From assembly GCA_965240325.2 (NCBI GenBank), contig OZ251243.1, positions 1,302,001 to 1,366,000 of the forward strand: 64,000 nucleotides of DNA. Direction: 5' to 3'. This DNA comes from Rebecca billardiae RCC1528. Its lineage: Eukaryota > Protista > Haptophyta. This document shows, one piece after another, positions 23,906 to 36,019 of this stretch. Positions within the stretch are counted from its first letter, which is position 1. Each line of letters starts with the position of its first letter. A program made the translations under genes and the position numbers. The notes under the pieces are model-generated. The model saw only the letters and a program-made list of their open reading frames with translations. It was not told the DNA's origin and searched no databases.

Positions 23906-24225
23906 GCGCGTGCTGAGCACCGTGCTGCCATCGTTCACGAGCGATCAGTACATATCACGGTCCGATTACCCGACAGATACCCCTGACGGTATGATGATCA
24001 TCGTGATTTATAATCCGCTTTCGACGGATTCTGTGGGTCGAATCGGGTTGACGTGAGTTGTAGTACCAAACGACCATCCAATGAATGATGAGAGCATTTG
24101 AGTAGTAAGTACGCTTGTTGACGAAAACTCTACCAATCATACCCGGGTACGTCAAGCGTGCAAAGATTCCTCGGCTGCGCACCCCCTCGCGGGCGCCCCA
24201 ACTCGCCGTCCGTCGCGAAGCGGGG

Positions 24226-27200
24226 ATGGCCTCGTCCGTGATGGCCGCGCGCCGAGAGGCGTCGCACTGGTCCGACGCGCTGGACAAGAGCACAGCTATC
24301 GCACAACCTCACTCCCTCGTGGAGCACTCCCGACCCCCGACCGCCCCCGTCGAGCAGCAGCAGCGCGCGCGGCACAACGACAAGAGTCTCGCCGGCGCGC
24401 CCGCGCAGAGCGGCGAGCGCGCGCGCAAGCCCTCGGGCGCGAGCCCCGAGCGCCACCGCCGGCAGACCGTCGCCTCGCCCGCCCGCACGCGGCGCGGCTC
24501 GGCGATGCCGCGCGCGCGCGCCCAGAGCATGCCGCGCCGGCCCGCGCCGCTCCGGCGCTCGAAGACGGAGAGCTTTGTGGACGCCGACCGAGCGGGCGCG
24601 CAGCTCCGGCTCGCGGACCGCGAGGCGCGCGACGCGCTCGCGCGCACGCTCGAGCACACGAACGATCTGGCCGAGGGCGCTGCGCTCGCGCTCGCGGACA
24701 ACGACAAGGGCGCCGACCGCTTCCACTTTGAGGCCGGCGGCGAGGGCGGCGGCGGCGGGTGCGCGTACGCGCTGCTCGGGAGCGAGGAGGAGTCGCGCGC
24801 GCAGCTCGCGCAGCGGCGCGCGCTGATGCACTCGCCCGCCGTGGTGCACGCGCTGCGCGCCTTCTGGGAGGCGACCGGGCTGGCCGACGACGCGCTGATG
24901 CGGCGCGAGCAGTACCTGCTCGTGTACGAGCGCGCGGCGCTCGCGCTCGGCGCGGCGGACGGCGCGGAGGACAAGGTGGGCCGCGCGCGCGAGCTCGCGC
25001 TGACCGACTGGGCGTCGGACCTCGAGCTGCTCGGCCGCTCGGTCGGGATCGCGGGCGACGGCTCGGGCGTGGACGAGTGGATGAGCCTCGCCGACTTCTG
25101 CCTCGGCCTCTTCGAGCTGGCGGACGTGTGGGTCGAGGGCGCGGCGGAGGAGGACTACGTGGTCTTCCTCGCGCGCCTCTTCCGGCGCATCACGCGCGTC
25201 ACGCACGCCGAGGGCTGGGTCCAAGACGCGGCGGCGGCGGCGGCGGCGGCGAGCGCGGCCGACGGGGCGGCCGGCACGCGGCAGGGTGGCGCAAAGGGCG
25301 GCGTCGCCGACGAGGGCGCGGGCAGCGGGGAGGGCGGCGACGACACTGGCAATGACGCCGACGACAAGGACGACGCCGACGACGATGACGACGACGGGCC
25401 GCACAGCGGCCGGCCGTCGCTCAAGCTGGCGGAGCGGCTGCGCACCGCAGGGCGGCAGCTGCGCCCGCTCGACCTCGTGCGCTCCGACGCGCAGCTGCGC
25501 GCCGAGCAGGCGGCCTCCGCCGCCGCAGACACCGAGGCCGACGCCGCGGGCGGGCTCGAGGCGCCCGACCCGGCGCGCGCGCTGCGCCTCTCGCTCAAGT
25601 CGGCGCGCTCGCTCCTCGGCCTGCGCGAGCTGAGCGAGCCGGGCGAGTCCCCGCGCGTGACCACGGCGGAGGCGTGCTTCACGCTGCCCACGCCCCCCGC
25701 GTCCGCACAGCTGGTGGCCGCGCTCGAGCAGGCGCGGCGGGCGGGGCTGGGCTCGGGTGCGCTGTTCGCGGACGGCGTCGACCTGCTGGTGGACGCGCTC
25801 GCGGCCGAGGGCACCGCCGAGCTGGTGGCGGAGGTGGCGGCGCGCGCGGAGGCGGGCGAGGAGGACGACGAGGCGTCGCTGGGCGCGCTCGAGGCCGCGC
25901 TGGCGCTGCTCGCCTCGCTCGGGCTGCGCGCGCCGCCCGCGCAGCTCAGGGCGGTCGAGCCGCAGCGCGCGCGGCGGCGCGCGCGGCGGCGCGCCGCGGC
26001 GGACGCGCGCGCCGCGCGCCGCGCCTCGCACCCGCCGCCGCAGCCCAAGCCGCGCCGGCCGGGCGCCAGCATGCTGCGCGTGGCGGCGCGCGTGCGCGGC
26101 GCGCTCGGCCGGCGCGCCGGCGCGGGCGCGCGCGCCGCCGCCGCCGCCGAGGGCGACGAGGGCGGCGAGGAGGAGGACGAGCCGCCGCCGTCGCCGCCGC
26201 CGGCCGAGCTGGCGGCGCGTGCCGGGCGCGCCGGCGGCGCGCCACGCGGCGCGTCGCCGCCCTGGCGGCGCGAGCCGGGCGCGGACGGCGCGGGCGCGGG
26301 CGCGCGGCCGCGCAGCCCGCAGCGGGCGGCGCTGCCCGCGCGCGTCGCCGCCGTCGGCTTCGAGGACCCGCCGGGCGGCGCGCTGGGCTCGGGCCCGGAG
26401 CACTGGAGCCGCCCCTCGGCCGCGCAGATGCTCAGCCTGCCCGACTCGCCCACCTCGGCCGCGCAGCGCGCGCGCTCCGGCTCGTCCTCGCTGCCCGTGA
26501 GCCCGCTGAGCGCGGCCGCGCAGCGCCGCGCGTCGGCGGCAGAGGTTGCGGCGGGCGGCCCCGCGCTGCAGGGCTACGGCGCGGGGCGGTGGGAGCTGCA
26601 CGCGCGCGGCGGCGGCGAGAGCCCGCCGCTGCAGCGACGCGGCTTCGCCGCCGCCGCGCTCAGCACCTCGCCGAACGCGCTGCGCCGCACGTCGGGCGCC
26701 CCCTTGCCGGGCGTGGCGGAGAGCCGCGCAGCGACCGCGCCGCTGGGGCGGCTGCCCTCGCCGCCGCTGCAGCAGCCGGGCAGGCCCGGCGCATCGCCCG
26801 CGATGCCCGGGCGGCTCTCGCGCCAGGGCAGCGCCCTGGCGCGAGAGCCGCCCGGGCGGCTCTCGCGCCAGGGCACGTCCGAGCTGCCGCAGCTCCGCCG
26901 GCCGTCCACCCCGCCCGCCGGCGCCGAGGGCGAGCGCTCGCCCGGCGCGAGCCCGAGCCAGCCGCGCCGCTCGCCGAGCGGCGGCGGGCCGGACGCCGAG
27001 CCGGCGGCGCCGCCGGCGCTCGCGGTGTACGAGCTGGCGGCGCGCGGCGGCGAGGCGTCGAGCGCCTCGCCGCCGCCGGTGCGCGGCTTCCGCGGCGCGA
27101 GTATCTCGCTGCCGCACGGCGCGCTGCGCGACCCCTTCCCGCGCCCGCTCTCGCCGCCGCCGATCTCGCCCCCCGCCGGCCGGTCGCGGCTGCTGTCGCA

Positions 27201-27357
27201 CGTCATGCTCGGCGCGCCGGACGGCGCGGAGGAGGGCGGCGGCGCGGAGGAGGCGACGGCGCACGCGGTGATGGCGGGGCTGCCCGCGCGCGCGAGGCGC
27301 CCGCCCGGCATCCGCCCGGCGCCGGGCGCCGGGCTGCGCAAGTCGTCCGTCATCTGA
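24226..27357 (+). CDS. Tandem paralogue 2 of the FELADxW protein
   Basis: 24751-25600 is almost identical to 21254-22103. Further shared blocks at ~25705-25960 and ~26880-27100. First in-frame ATG at 24226. Confidence 0.75.
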   Translation: MASSVMAARREASHWSDALDKSTAIAQPHSLVEHSRPPTAPVEQQQRARHNDKSLAGAPAQSGERARKPSGASPERHRRQTVASPARTRRGSAMPRARAQSMPRRPAPLRRSKTESFVDADRAGAQLRLADREARDALARTLEHTNDLAEGAALALADNDKGADRFHFEAGGEGGGGGCAYALLGSEEESRAQLAQRRALMHSPAVVHALRAFWEATGLADDALMRREQYLLVYERAALALGAADGAEDKVGRARELALTDWASDLELLGRSVGIAGDGSGVDEWMSLADFCLGLFELADVWVEGAAEEDYVVFLARLFRRITRVTHAEGWVQDAAAAAAAASAADGAAGTRQGGAKGGVADEGAGSGEGGDDTGNDADDKDDADDDDDDGPHSGRPSLKLAERLRTAGRQLRPLDLVRSDAQLRAEQAASAAADTEADAAGGLEAPDPARALRLSLKSARSLLGLRELSEPGESPRVTTAEACFTLPTPPASAQLVAALEQARRAGLGSGALFADGVDLLVDALAAEGTAELVAEVAARAEAGEEDDEASLGALEAALALLASLGLRAPPAQLRAVEPQRARRRARRRAAADARAARRASHPPPQPKPRRPGASMLRVAARVRGALGRRAGAGARAAAAAEGDEGGEEEDEPPPSPPPAELAARAGRAGGAPRGASPPWRREPGADGAGAGARPRSPQRAALPARVAAVGFEDPPGGALGSGPEHWSRPSAAQMLSLPDSPTSAAQRARSGSSSLPVSPLSAAAQRRASAAEVAAGGPALQGYGAGRWELHARGGGESPPLQRRGFAAAALSTSPNALRRTSGAPLPGVAESRAATAPLGRLPSPPLQQPGRPGASPAMPGRLSRQGSALAREPPGRLSRQGTSELPQLRRPSTPPAGAEGERSPGASPSQPRRSPSGGGPDAEPAAPPALAVYELAARGGEASSASPPPVRGFRGASISLPHGALRDPFPRPLSPPPISPPAGRSRLLSHVMLGAPDGAEEGGGAEEATAHAVMAGLPARARRPPGIRPAPGAGLRKSSVI

Positions 27358-27722
27358 CGTGCGCGTGGCCGTGCCGCCTCCTGTCTGCGGTGCCTGCAAC
27401 GAGTCAGTCCGGCAGTCTGTCGTCGCGCGTGCATGTTCGACACTGCAGCAGTGCAGCACTGATGAATGCACTGATGAATGGCTGATGCATACACCAATGA
27501 CACCAGGCGGAGCGTCCTGCGGGCACGTCAGGGCCGAGGGCGGCGGCCATTGCCCCGATTGCGGCTCCGTGACTATGCTGGCGAAATCGGGCCCGGACCG
27601 ACCAGGAAACCTCAAACCGGACGCCGGCGCGGGGCCGCCGAGAAGCTCAAAGCGCAGCGCACTGGGGTCAGCAGGCGGCGGCAGGGCGCGGCCGCCAATT
27701 GAGTCGAGCGCGCGCGCGCGCG

Positions 27723-28407
27723 ATGCTCGGCGGGATGGGCCTCTCGCGCGGCTCGAGCGGCAGCGGCGCGGGCTTCGGCGGCCGGCGCAGCCGCGACGGC
27801 CCCGCCGACCTCCTCGAGCTCCGCGACGCCGCGGACGAGGTCGCGCCCGACACGCTCTCCGCGCTGTTCGGGCTGCCGCGCACCGAGGCGCTGATCGAGG
27901 ACTTTGCGTGCGCGATCTCGCGCACGATCCTGCTGCAGGGCCGGATGTACATCACGCAGGACCACGTGTGCTTCCACTCGAACATCTTCGGCCACCGCAC
28001 CGCCGTGGTCATGCGCTTTGACGCCATCGGCTCGCTGCGCAAGGTGACGCACGCGCTCATCAACCCGGGCATCGAGCTCAGCACGCTGGAGGGCGAGGTG
28101 CACTCGTTCGCCTCGTTCTTCTTCCGGGACCACACGTACCGGATCATCAAGGAGCTCTGGAAGATCCACCAGCGCAAGCAGCGCCGCGGCCCCGCCGTCC
28201 CCGACTCGCCCGCGCGCGCGGCCACGCGCCGGCTCGGCGGCCTCGCCGAGGGCGGCGCGGCCGCGCCGCAGCTCTGGCGCTCGCGCTCGGGCGGCGGCGG
28301 CGGCGGCGCGGTGCCGGCGGCGGCGTCGGGCCCGCCCACGCCGCCGCGCTCGCCCGACCGCTCGCCGCTCCGCCACGGCCGCACCGCCGCCTCGCGCCTC
28401 TCGGCCG

Positions 28408-28442
<35 letters not shown>

Positions 28443-29610
28443 CCGTCCGCGCGCCCGAGCGTCGCGAGCGCCGCGAGCGGCGGCGGGCGGCAGTCGGACG
28501 CGTCGGAGGAGGAGGAGGAGGAGGAGGAGGAGGCGCGCGGCAGCAGCGCCGCCGGCCGCGCCACCGAGCTCCGCGAGTCGGTGCTCGCCGGCGCGATGCG
28601 CGCGTCGGCGCTGCCGGCGCACGCGCTCGCCGCGGCCGAGGCGGCGGCCGACCTGCGCTGCGCCGAGCTCGTCGCGGGCGCGGCGGCGATGACGCGGCCG
28701 CTGGCGGTGGAGATGGTGCGCGGCGAGCAGCTCGCGCTCACGCCCACCGCGTTCTACGCCCTCTTCGTCGCCGACGGCTCGCTCTTCGTCCGCTCGTTCC
28801 GCGAGGCCACGGGCGGCAAGGAGGTGGTGGTCGAGCCGTGGCGGCCGTTCACGGCGGGCGGCCGCGCGCGCGAGGTGCGCTTCGTGCAGCCGATCCGCAG
28901 CATGATCAGCCCGATCCGCGCGACGCGCGTGCTCGAGACGCAGCGCTGCTGCTGGCTCGCGCCCGAGGGCGGCGACGCGCCGAGCCACGCCGCCGCGCCG
29001 CCCGCCGCCGCGCCCGCCGCCGCCGCCGCGCCCGCCGCCGCGCTCGGCGCGGCCGCGGCCGCGGCCGCGGACGACGCGGCCGCGGCGTGCGCGCTGCAGC
29101 CGGGCGGCGCGCACGCGCCCGAGCGGTGCGTGCTGGTGGTGCAGATGTCGCAGGTGTTCGCCGACACGCCGTACGGCGACACCTTCACCGTGGAGCACAA
29201 GTGGGTCGTGTGCCCCGGCCGTGCGCACGGCTGCACCGTCCGCTGCTCGGTGGGCGTCGCCTTCTCCAAGCCCACCTGGCTGCGCTCCAAGATCGAGTCC
29301 GGCTGCTACGAGGAGACCGCCGAGTACTACGACACGTTCCGGCGGATGCTGGCGGACGCGCTCGCCGCGGAGCAGCCGCAGGAGCGCGAGCGCGCCGCGC
29401 CGCGCGCGCCGCTGCCGCCCGCGCCGCCCGCGCCGGCGGGCGCGGGCGCGGGCGAGGGCGGCGCGGCGGCGGGCGCGGGCGCGCGCGGGTGCGCGGACGA
29501 CCTCGACGACGCGGCGGTGTCCGCGCGCCTCTCCTCCGCGTCGGAGCAGCAGCGCCGCCCCTCCACGTCGATGCGCGTGGCCGACGAGGTGTACGAGAAC
29601 CAGCACCTGT

Positions 29611-29641
<31 letters not shown>

Positions 29642-30709
29642 GGCTGCGGCGGCAGCAGCAGCGCACGCGGCAGAGGCGCAGCCCGGCCGCGCGGGCGGCA
29701 GCAGCGGCGGCAGCGGCGGCGGCGCGGAGGCGTGGCAGCCGTGCTCGGCGGGGGCGAGGGCGGCGCTGGGGCGCGAGCGCGCGCCCTTCTCGTCGCGGGA
29801 CGGGTCGCAGCGCTGGCGCGCGCTCGCGGACGTGCGCCTCCCGCACGAGGGCGCCCCCGGGCGCTGCCCCTCCCGCTGGGTGTGGGTGGACGAGTGGCGC
29901 GTGGGCGGCCATGCTGAGCTGGGCGGGGGCTGGCGGTACGCGCCCAGCTGGCGGGGGCCGTGGACGCGCGCGCAGGGGGGCGGCGCGCGCGTGCGCAGGC
30001 GGCGGTGGGTGCGGCAGCGCGAGCTCGACGCGAGCCGGGCGCCGGTGCGCGCGCGCGCTCCCGCGCGACCGCGCGCGACCGCGCGAGCGCGCCCCTGCGC
30101 GCGGCGGCTCACGCGCGCCCGCCCCGCGCGGCTGCTGCGCGGCTGCTGCGCGGGCGCGCGCAGCTGTTTGCGCGCGCGCTCGCGGCGGTGGTGGGCGCGG
30201 TGCAGGCGGCGCTGCGGCTGTCGGGCGTGCTGCCCGCGGACGGCGAGGGCGCCGAGCGCGGCGCGCACCGCGGCGCCGGCGCGCGTCTCGGCGTCGAGCG
30301 CGAGCACGCCGTGTGGCGGTGCGTCGCGCTCGGCGGCCGCGCGCTCGGCGGCGCGGTCGGCCGCTCGCCCGTCTCGCTGCTGTGCGCGCTCGCCTTCTGC
30401 GCGGGGCTGGCGGCGTGCCCGTACGTGATCGTGGCGGTGGGCGCGTCGGACGAGGCGCTGGCGGCGGCGATCCCGGCGAGCGCGATCGCCGAGCTGCGCC
30501 TCGCCGCGCGCTCGGCCGGCGGCCGGCGCGCGCTGCGCACCGCGGCCGCGCGCGCCGCCGACGGCTCGTGCCCGATCGCCGCGCCCGCCGAGTGCGCGTC
30601 CGCGGCCGCGGAGCTCGCCGAGCTGAGCGAGACGCTCGCGCGCGCGCGCGCGCTGCACCGCGCGCTCGCCGCGGAGGTCGCCGAGCTCGGCCAGCTGCTG
30701 CGCGACTGA
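27723..30709 (+). CDS. GRAM + VASt (Aster/Lam/VAD1-like) lipid-transfer protein with DysF domain and C-terminal TM/coiled-coil, 2 exons
   Basis: GRAM: IEDFACAISRTILLQGRMYITQDHVCFHSNIFG..FASFFFRDHTY. VASt: DTPYGDTFTVEHKW..VAFSKPTWLRSKIES. DysF: EVYENQ..WVWVDEWRV..GWRYA..VRRRRWVR. Intron 30045..30163. Confidence 0.85.
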
Positions 30710-30866
30710 CGGCTCGGCGCCGCGCCGCGCCGGCGGAGGAATAGAATTCGCGTCGTCAATATCAATGTACTCGTGGGGTGCTTGCGCGAAACATCATCGT
30801 CAAAACTAAAAAGAATAATATGCGCATGCGATGACAAATCGATTTATTCTTTGTCGTCGTCCGCCG

Positions 30867-32827
30867 ATGGCGGCGGCGATGATGGCGGCCTGCCCGCGCG
30901 GCCGGCGCGCGCTGGCGGCGGCGGCGCTCGCGCTCGCGCTGCTCCTCGGCGCGGCGCTGCGCCGGCCGGAGCGGACGGCGCGGGCCATCGAGGGCGCCGT
31001 GCCCGCGCGCCCGCCGCGCGCCGCCGCGTCGGCGCGGCCGCCGGCCCGCGCGGCGCACGCGGCGGCGGCGCGGCCGCGCGCGTGCCTGCCCGAGCTGTGC
31101 AGCGCCGGCCTGCTCGCGCAGCACCACGGCGGCGATCTGGAGGCGCCGCGCGAGCTCGCGCGCGCCGCCGCCGCGCGCTCGCACCGCTCGGAGCTCATCT
31201 TCACGATCGCGAGCGACGGCGCGGTCGGGTGGGCGACCAACCTGGTGCTCGGGCTGCGCGCGCTCGGGTACGAGCACCACCTGGTGATCACGACGCGCGG
31301 CGGCACGTGCGACGTGCTCGCGGCCTCGCGCCACGCGCTCTCGTGCGCGCACACCTCCTTCCAGCCCGTCGGCGTGCAGACCAGCTACCGGCTCGAGTGG
31401 TCGAAGCTGCACTACGCGGCCGCGCTCGGCGGGCTCGGCTACCGGCCGCTCTTCCTCGACGCGGACGTGACGGCGCAGGCGGACTTCTACGCGGCGCTGC
31501 GCGCGCCGCCCGCCGCGCGGCACGCGCTCTGGTTCGCGCCCGGCCCCGGCGGCGCGGGCTGCCACGCGCTCATCCTCGGGCTGGTGTACTGCGCAGCGTG
31601 CGCGCGCGGCTCGGCGGCGGCGGCCGTGTTCGAGCGCTTCTTCGAGTGGCACGCGGAGCTGCAGGCGACGCGCGCGCAGCCGGGCGCGCAGGCGGCGTAC
31701 TGGGCGGGCTGCGACGCGGCGGGCGTCACGCGCTCGCCCGGCAGGCGCAACGGCTACCGCACCAACGACCTGATGTCCGACGCGCTCGCGTCCGCGTGCT
31801 GCGGCCTCCGGCTGCACCAGCGCGCGCACCCGATGCTGCCCGGCGCGCCCGTCTCGCCCGCGCTGCGGCCCGAGCTCGTGCCCGTCGGCGGCGCGCCGCT
31901 CGCCGTGCGCAACTGCTCGGCCGAGGCCGTCGTCGCGTGGAAGCGCCGCGCCGGCGCGTGCACGCGCATGCGCGCCGACGGCGGCGCCGACGCCGAGCCG
32001 GCGCCGGACGACGACGACGACGGGCTCGCGCCGCGGCCGCCGCTCGACGGCCGCGTGCGCTGGCACGAGCTGCGCGCGCTGCCGCGGGCGGGCGGCGGCG
32101 GCGGCGGCGGCGGCGCGAACCAGACCGTCGCGCACACGCCCGCGAGCGTGCTGCTGCCGCTGCACGGCCTGAGCGCCCGCAGCCGCCGCGCGCCCGACGC
32201 GCGCCAGACGTACCAGCGCGGCGGCTGGGTGGTGCGGCCGCCGCCCCTCGCGCACTTTGTGGGCGGCGGGCCGCTCAAGACGCAGTACATGCGCGCGCTG
32301 GGCTGGTGGCACTGGGGCGCGGACGAGGTGCTCGCGCGCGCGCTCGCCGACGCGGACGAGGCCGCGCGGCACATGCGCGCCGCCGAGTCGGTGCGCGACC
32401 TCGCCGGCTTCAACGCGCTGCACAGCGGCTCGACCGACCCGTTCGCCACGCGCCGCGCGGCCGCGAGTCCGGCCGAGCTCGCGGCGCCGCCGCCGAGCGG
32501 CGCCGCGCCGCCGCCGCGGCCCGCCGTGCTCGGGCTGTACGGCGCGGGCGTGCGCGCCGCGCTCGGCGCGCCGCGCACGCACGGCGCCTTCCTGCGCGCG
32601 TACGGCGCGCTGCGGCTGCGCGCGGCGCTGCTGGGCGCGCTGGGCGGGCGCGTGCCGCTCGAGCTCGACGTGCCGTGCGCGGGCCGGTGGGTGCCCCGGG
32701 CGGAGCGCGCGCTCGGCGCCGCCTTCCGGCCGCGCGGCGGCGGCGGCGCGCGGAACGGCAGCAGCAGCGGCGCGGCGCGCGCCGCGGCGGCGGCGGAGCG
32801 CGCGCGCCGCGCCGACGCCGCCGACGC

Positions 32828-32861
<34 letters not shown>

Positions 32862-33560
32862 GCGGGCGCGCCCGAGCCGCCGACCGCGCGCGCGCGGCTC
32901 GTGGCGCGCGGCGCGCTGCTCGGCATCGACCAGCGGCCGCTCGGCCAGCGCGACGCGCGCGACGGCGCGGACGGCCCCGAGTTCTCGCGGCACTTGAGCG
33001 CGGGCGTCGGCGCGGGCAACTGCTCCGTGCGCCCGCCCGGCGGCGGCGCGGCGGGTGCAGGCGACGGCCCGTCGCTCTGCTGCTCGCCGCTCTGGTGGCG
33101 CGAGTTCAACGCGCGGCGCGGCAAGAGCTGCGAGCCGGCCGCGCACGGCTGGTACTACTGCACCGCGACGCTGCACCGGCAGTACGTCGAGCGGCCCGCG
33201 TGGGAGGCGCACGCGAGCCTCGCCGAGCCGCGCGAGGCGGCGGTGCTCGAGCTCGCGCAGATCGCCGCGCCGCCGCGCGGCGGCGGCGCCGAGTGGCGCG
33301 TTGACGCGCGCCGCGCCGAGGCGGCGCTCGCGCGCGTCGCGGCCGCGCCGCTCGTGTGGGTGCACGTGCCCGCGGGCGCGGCGCTCGGCCCGCTGTGCGG
33401 CCTCGCGCCGCGCCACCTCGACGCGGCGCGCGCGCACTCGCGCGCCGCGTGGCTGCCCGACCCGATGCTCACGTGCAGGGCGTTCCCGAGCGCGGACGCG
33501 TGCGCCGCCGTGTGGGACGGCGCGGGCGGCGGGCTCGCGTACGCCGACGGCGGGTGCTAG
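30867..33560 (+). CDS. Nucleotide-diphospho-sugar transferase (GT77-like) type II membrane protein
   Basis: N-terminal TM (ALAAAALALALLLGAAL). ELIFT..WATNLVLGLRALGYEHHLVI..WSKLHY..LGYRPLFLDADV contains the DxD motif. Confidence 0.75.
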
Positions 33561-33719
33561 CCAGCGCGCGGCTGCATCAGGGCCGCTCGAGCGCGCGAGG
33601 CCTCGCGCGTGCTTGCGAGCGCTCGTCCGGTGCGTGCGCGCCGGGCGGGGTCGGAGCGGCCGACCCGCGCCGCGGTGGAACGCACCGCGACTCGCGCGCA
33701 CCCCGGCGAAGCATCACTC

Positions 33720-34530
33720 GGAGGGCGCGGCCGAGCTCTGCGCCGACGCGCGGACGGTGGGGGCGTCGGCTGAGGGCGCGCCCCGAGCCGAGCGGTGGCG
33801 CAGTGCCGCTCTGTACTGCCGGTAGGCCGAGTCTGACTCGTGGGGCGTGGCGTCAGGCCCCTCAGGGGCGCGCCCCAGCGTGCCACACCCGAGTTGCCCG
33901 CGGCGTCAGCCCCGGCGGCCCGAACCGTCACTTGGCCACTCGGCCGTCAGTGGCGCGGCCGTCAGAGCCGTTTGCGCCCGCCAACGCCGAACGCGCGGGC
34001 GGTACGGGCGTGAGCAGTGAGGGCGCGCCCCGACCCATCAAGCGCTGGTGCAGTGCCGTTCTATACCACCGGTAGAGCGGTAGACCGAGTCTGACTCGTG
34101 GGGCGTGGCGCCAGACCCCTCATCAGGGGCGTCGCGCCCCAGCGTGCACGTACATCTTGCCCGCCGCGGGCGCCGTCCAAAACTGAACGACTGCCATTCG
34201 GCAGGGCCGGCGGCTGAGCTCTGTCAGCGCCGACGCGCGGACGCTGCAGGGGCGTCGGCTGAGGGCGCGCCCCGAAGCAAGCGGTGGTGCAGTGCCGCTC
34301 TATACCACCAGTAGACCGAGCCTGACCCGTGGGGCGTGGCGTCAGGCCCCTCAGGGGCGCGCCCCAGCGTGCGTGCACATCTTGCCCGCCGTGGCAGAAC
34401 TGCCACTCCGCTGGTGCGACCGAGCTCTGCGCCGTGACGCGCGGACACGGTGCGGGGGCGTCGGCTGAGAGCGCGCCCCGACCCAAGCGGCGGTGCAGAG
34501 CCGCTCTACGCCATCCGCAGAACGAGTCTG
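33720..34530. repeat. Diverged ~210-250-bp tandem repeat, ~4 copies (a further copy near 42230-42440)
   Basis: Recurrent ggggcgtcggctgagggcgcgcccc..gcggtggtgcagtgccgctc..gtagaccgagtctgactcgtggggcgtggcg. Anchors at 33801, 34051, 34290, 34497 and 42272. Confidence 0.85.
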
Positions 34531-34556
34531 AGCCGTGGGGCGCGGCTAGGTTAGGT

Positions 34557-36019
34557 TACGTCACACGGCCAGCCCCTGTGCCACCGCGCCAGCGTGAGAC
34601 TCAGCGCCAGTGCTCGGTCCGGCCGGCCGGCAGCCCGGCCCGGCCCTCAGCGCGCAGTCGGACGGCCTCGGGGGACGGCAGGTTGGGCGGCGGACGAGCG
34701 ACGACGGGCGTCTGCTGGCGAGCCTTGGCCGCGCCGTGCGCATCGTCTAGCCAAGCAGCCTTCGCCCGCGCCCGCGCCCGCCGCCGCCATTTGTACTAGT
34801 CGCAGCTGCCGCGCGCCAGGTCAGCCCCGAGTGCTCCGACCGCTCGGCAGCTGCAGGTCTGGCTGGCGAGGTGCGATGAAGCACGGCGCAGAAAGCGGCG
34901 TTCAAGCCGAGCGCGAGGCGTGGGACCCCCCGGACTACCCGCACGAGGGCGCACACGACGACCTCGAGCCAGCCTCGGGCTGCGGCTGCAGCGCCGAGGC
35001 CAGTGCGTCCGGAGCAGTGCCGGCTGCGCCAGCGCGCGATGCCAGGCGCGCCCGCGTCCAGTGCGGCTCAGCTGGGCTCGTCTGACCTCGGCGAAGCACG
35101 CGGCGCCGCGGCCGAGGTCGAGGCGTGGCATCCCGCGAATATGCCCGCGCGGGCCCGCACGGGCTGCCCGTGCCCCAGGCTCGGGCTGTCGCGGCCGTAC
35201 CGATGCTGGGCCTGGGGCAGCGCGCGCTGCCGTCGCGGGCTGTCCATCGCGCGCCCGCGCAGGCGCGACGGCAGCGCGTGGGGCGGTGCGAGCCAGCCGA
35301 GCGACCGCAGAGCGTGCTGCTCGGTGGCGCGTGGCGGGAGCGCGCCGCGGACGTGGCTGGCGCCGCGCACCAGCTCAGCCTGCCCCCGCCCCCGCGCCCC
35401 CATCTTCCACCTCGTCCGAGCTGCCTCCAGTGCTCGCCATCACGGCCGCGAGCGGCCTACGGGCCGAGCTGCTGCATGCCGCTGGTCGCGCACGCGCCTC
35501 ACGTCGAAGGCGCGGCCGCCCCTTACAGGCACGCGTGCACGTGGTGGTCGAGACGAGCACACCCGAGCGCGGTCAGCGCGGGTCGGCAGTGGCGAGCAGC
35601 AGGAGAGCAGTCTACATGTTGAACGGCCGCGCACGCCGCGGCAGAGCTCTGCGCGCAGACTTGGCGGCTGTTCACGCGTTGCTGACGGGCTCCACGCACT
35701 GTGCGGCGTCGTGCGAGCAATAGAGATGCGAATGCATCCTCCCGGCACGCGCGCTCGACCATTCGGCGGTGCACCCGCGCGGCCGCGCGCGGCCGGCTGC
35801 GTTTGCGTGGCAGCGCGGCCGAGCGAGGGGCTGGCGGTGCGCTCGCGCCGCCGCGCACAGTCGCGATGGCAGCGCGTGGGACGTGGTGAGCGGCGCTCTG
35901 GGCGCGTGCTTTGACGGCGCGTGGATTCCCTCGCGCACCACTGCGCCGGCGTGCGCGCGCACGCGACGCGCACGACAGCCGCCTTTGGCGGACGGCGGGG
36001 ATGGCGTGCGGCCATGCTG
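34557..36019. repeat. ~1.45-kb dispersed repeat, copy 1 (copy 2 at 45459-46894)
   Basis: Collinear similarity from tacgtcacacggccagcccctgtgccaccgcg through to ggcggacggcggggatgg..gccatgctg. Confidence 0.9.

Noticed and set aside
20696-33701. Very long minus-strand ORFs (e.g. 24130-27615, 27612-29912, 30762-33701)
   Set aside because: Arg/Ala-rich shadows of recognisable + strand genes, with no domains.
34547-34558. taggttaggtta as an interstitial telomere
   Set aside because: Only two units; too short to distinguish from chance.
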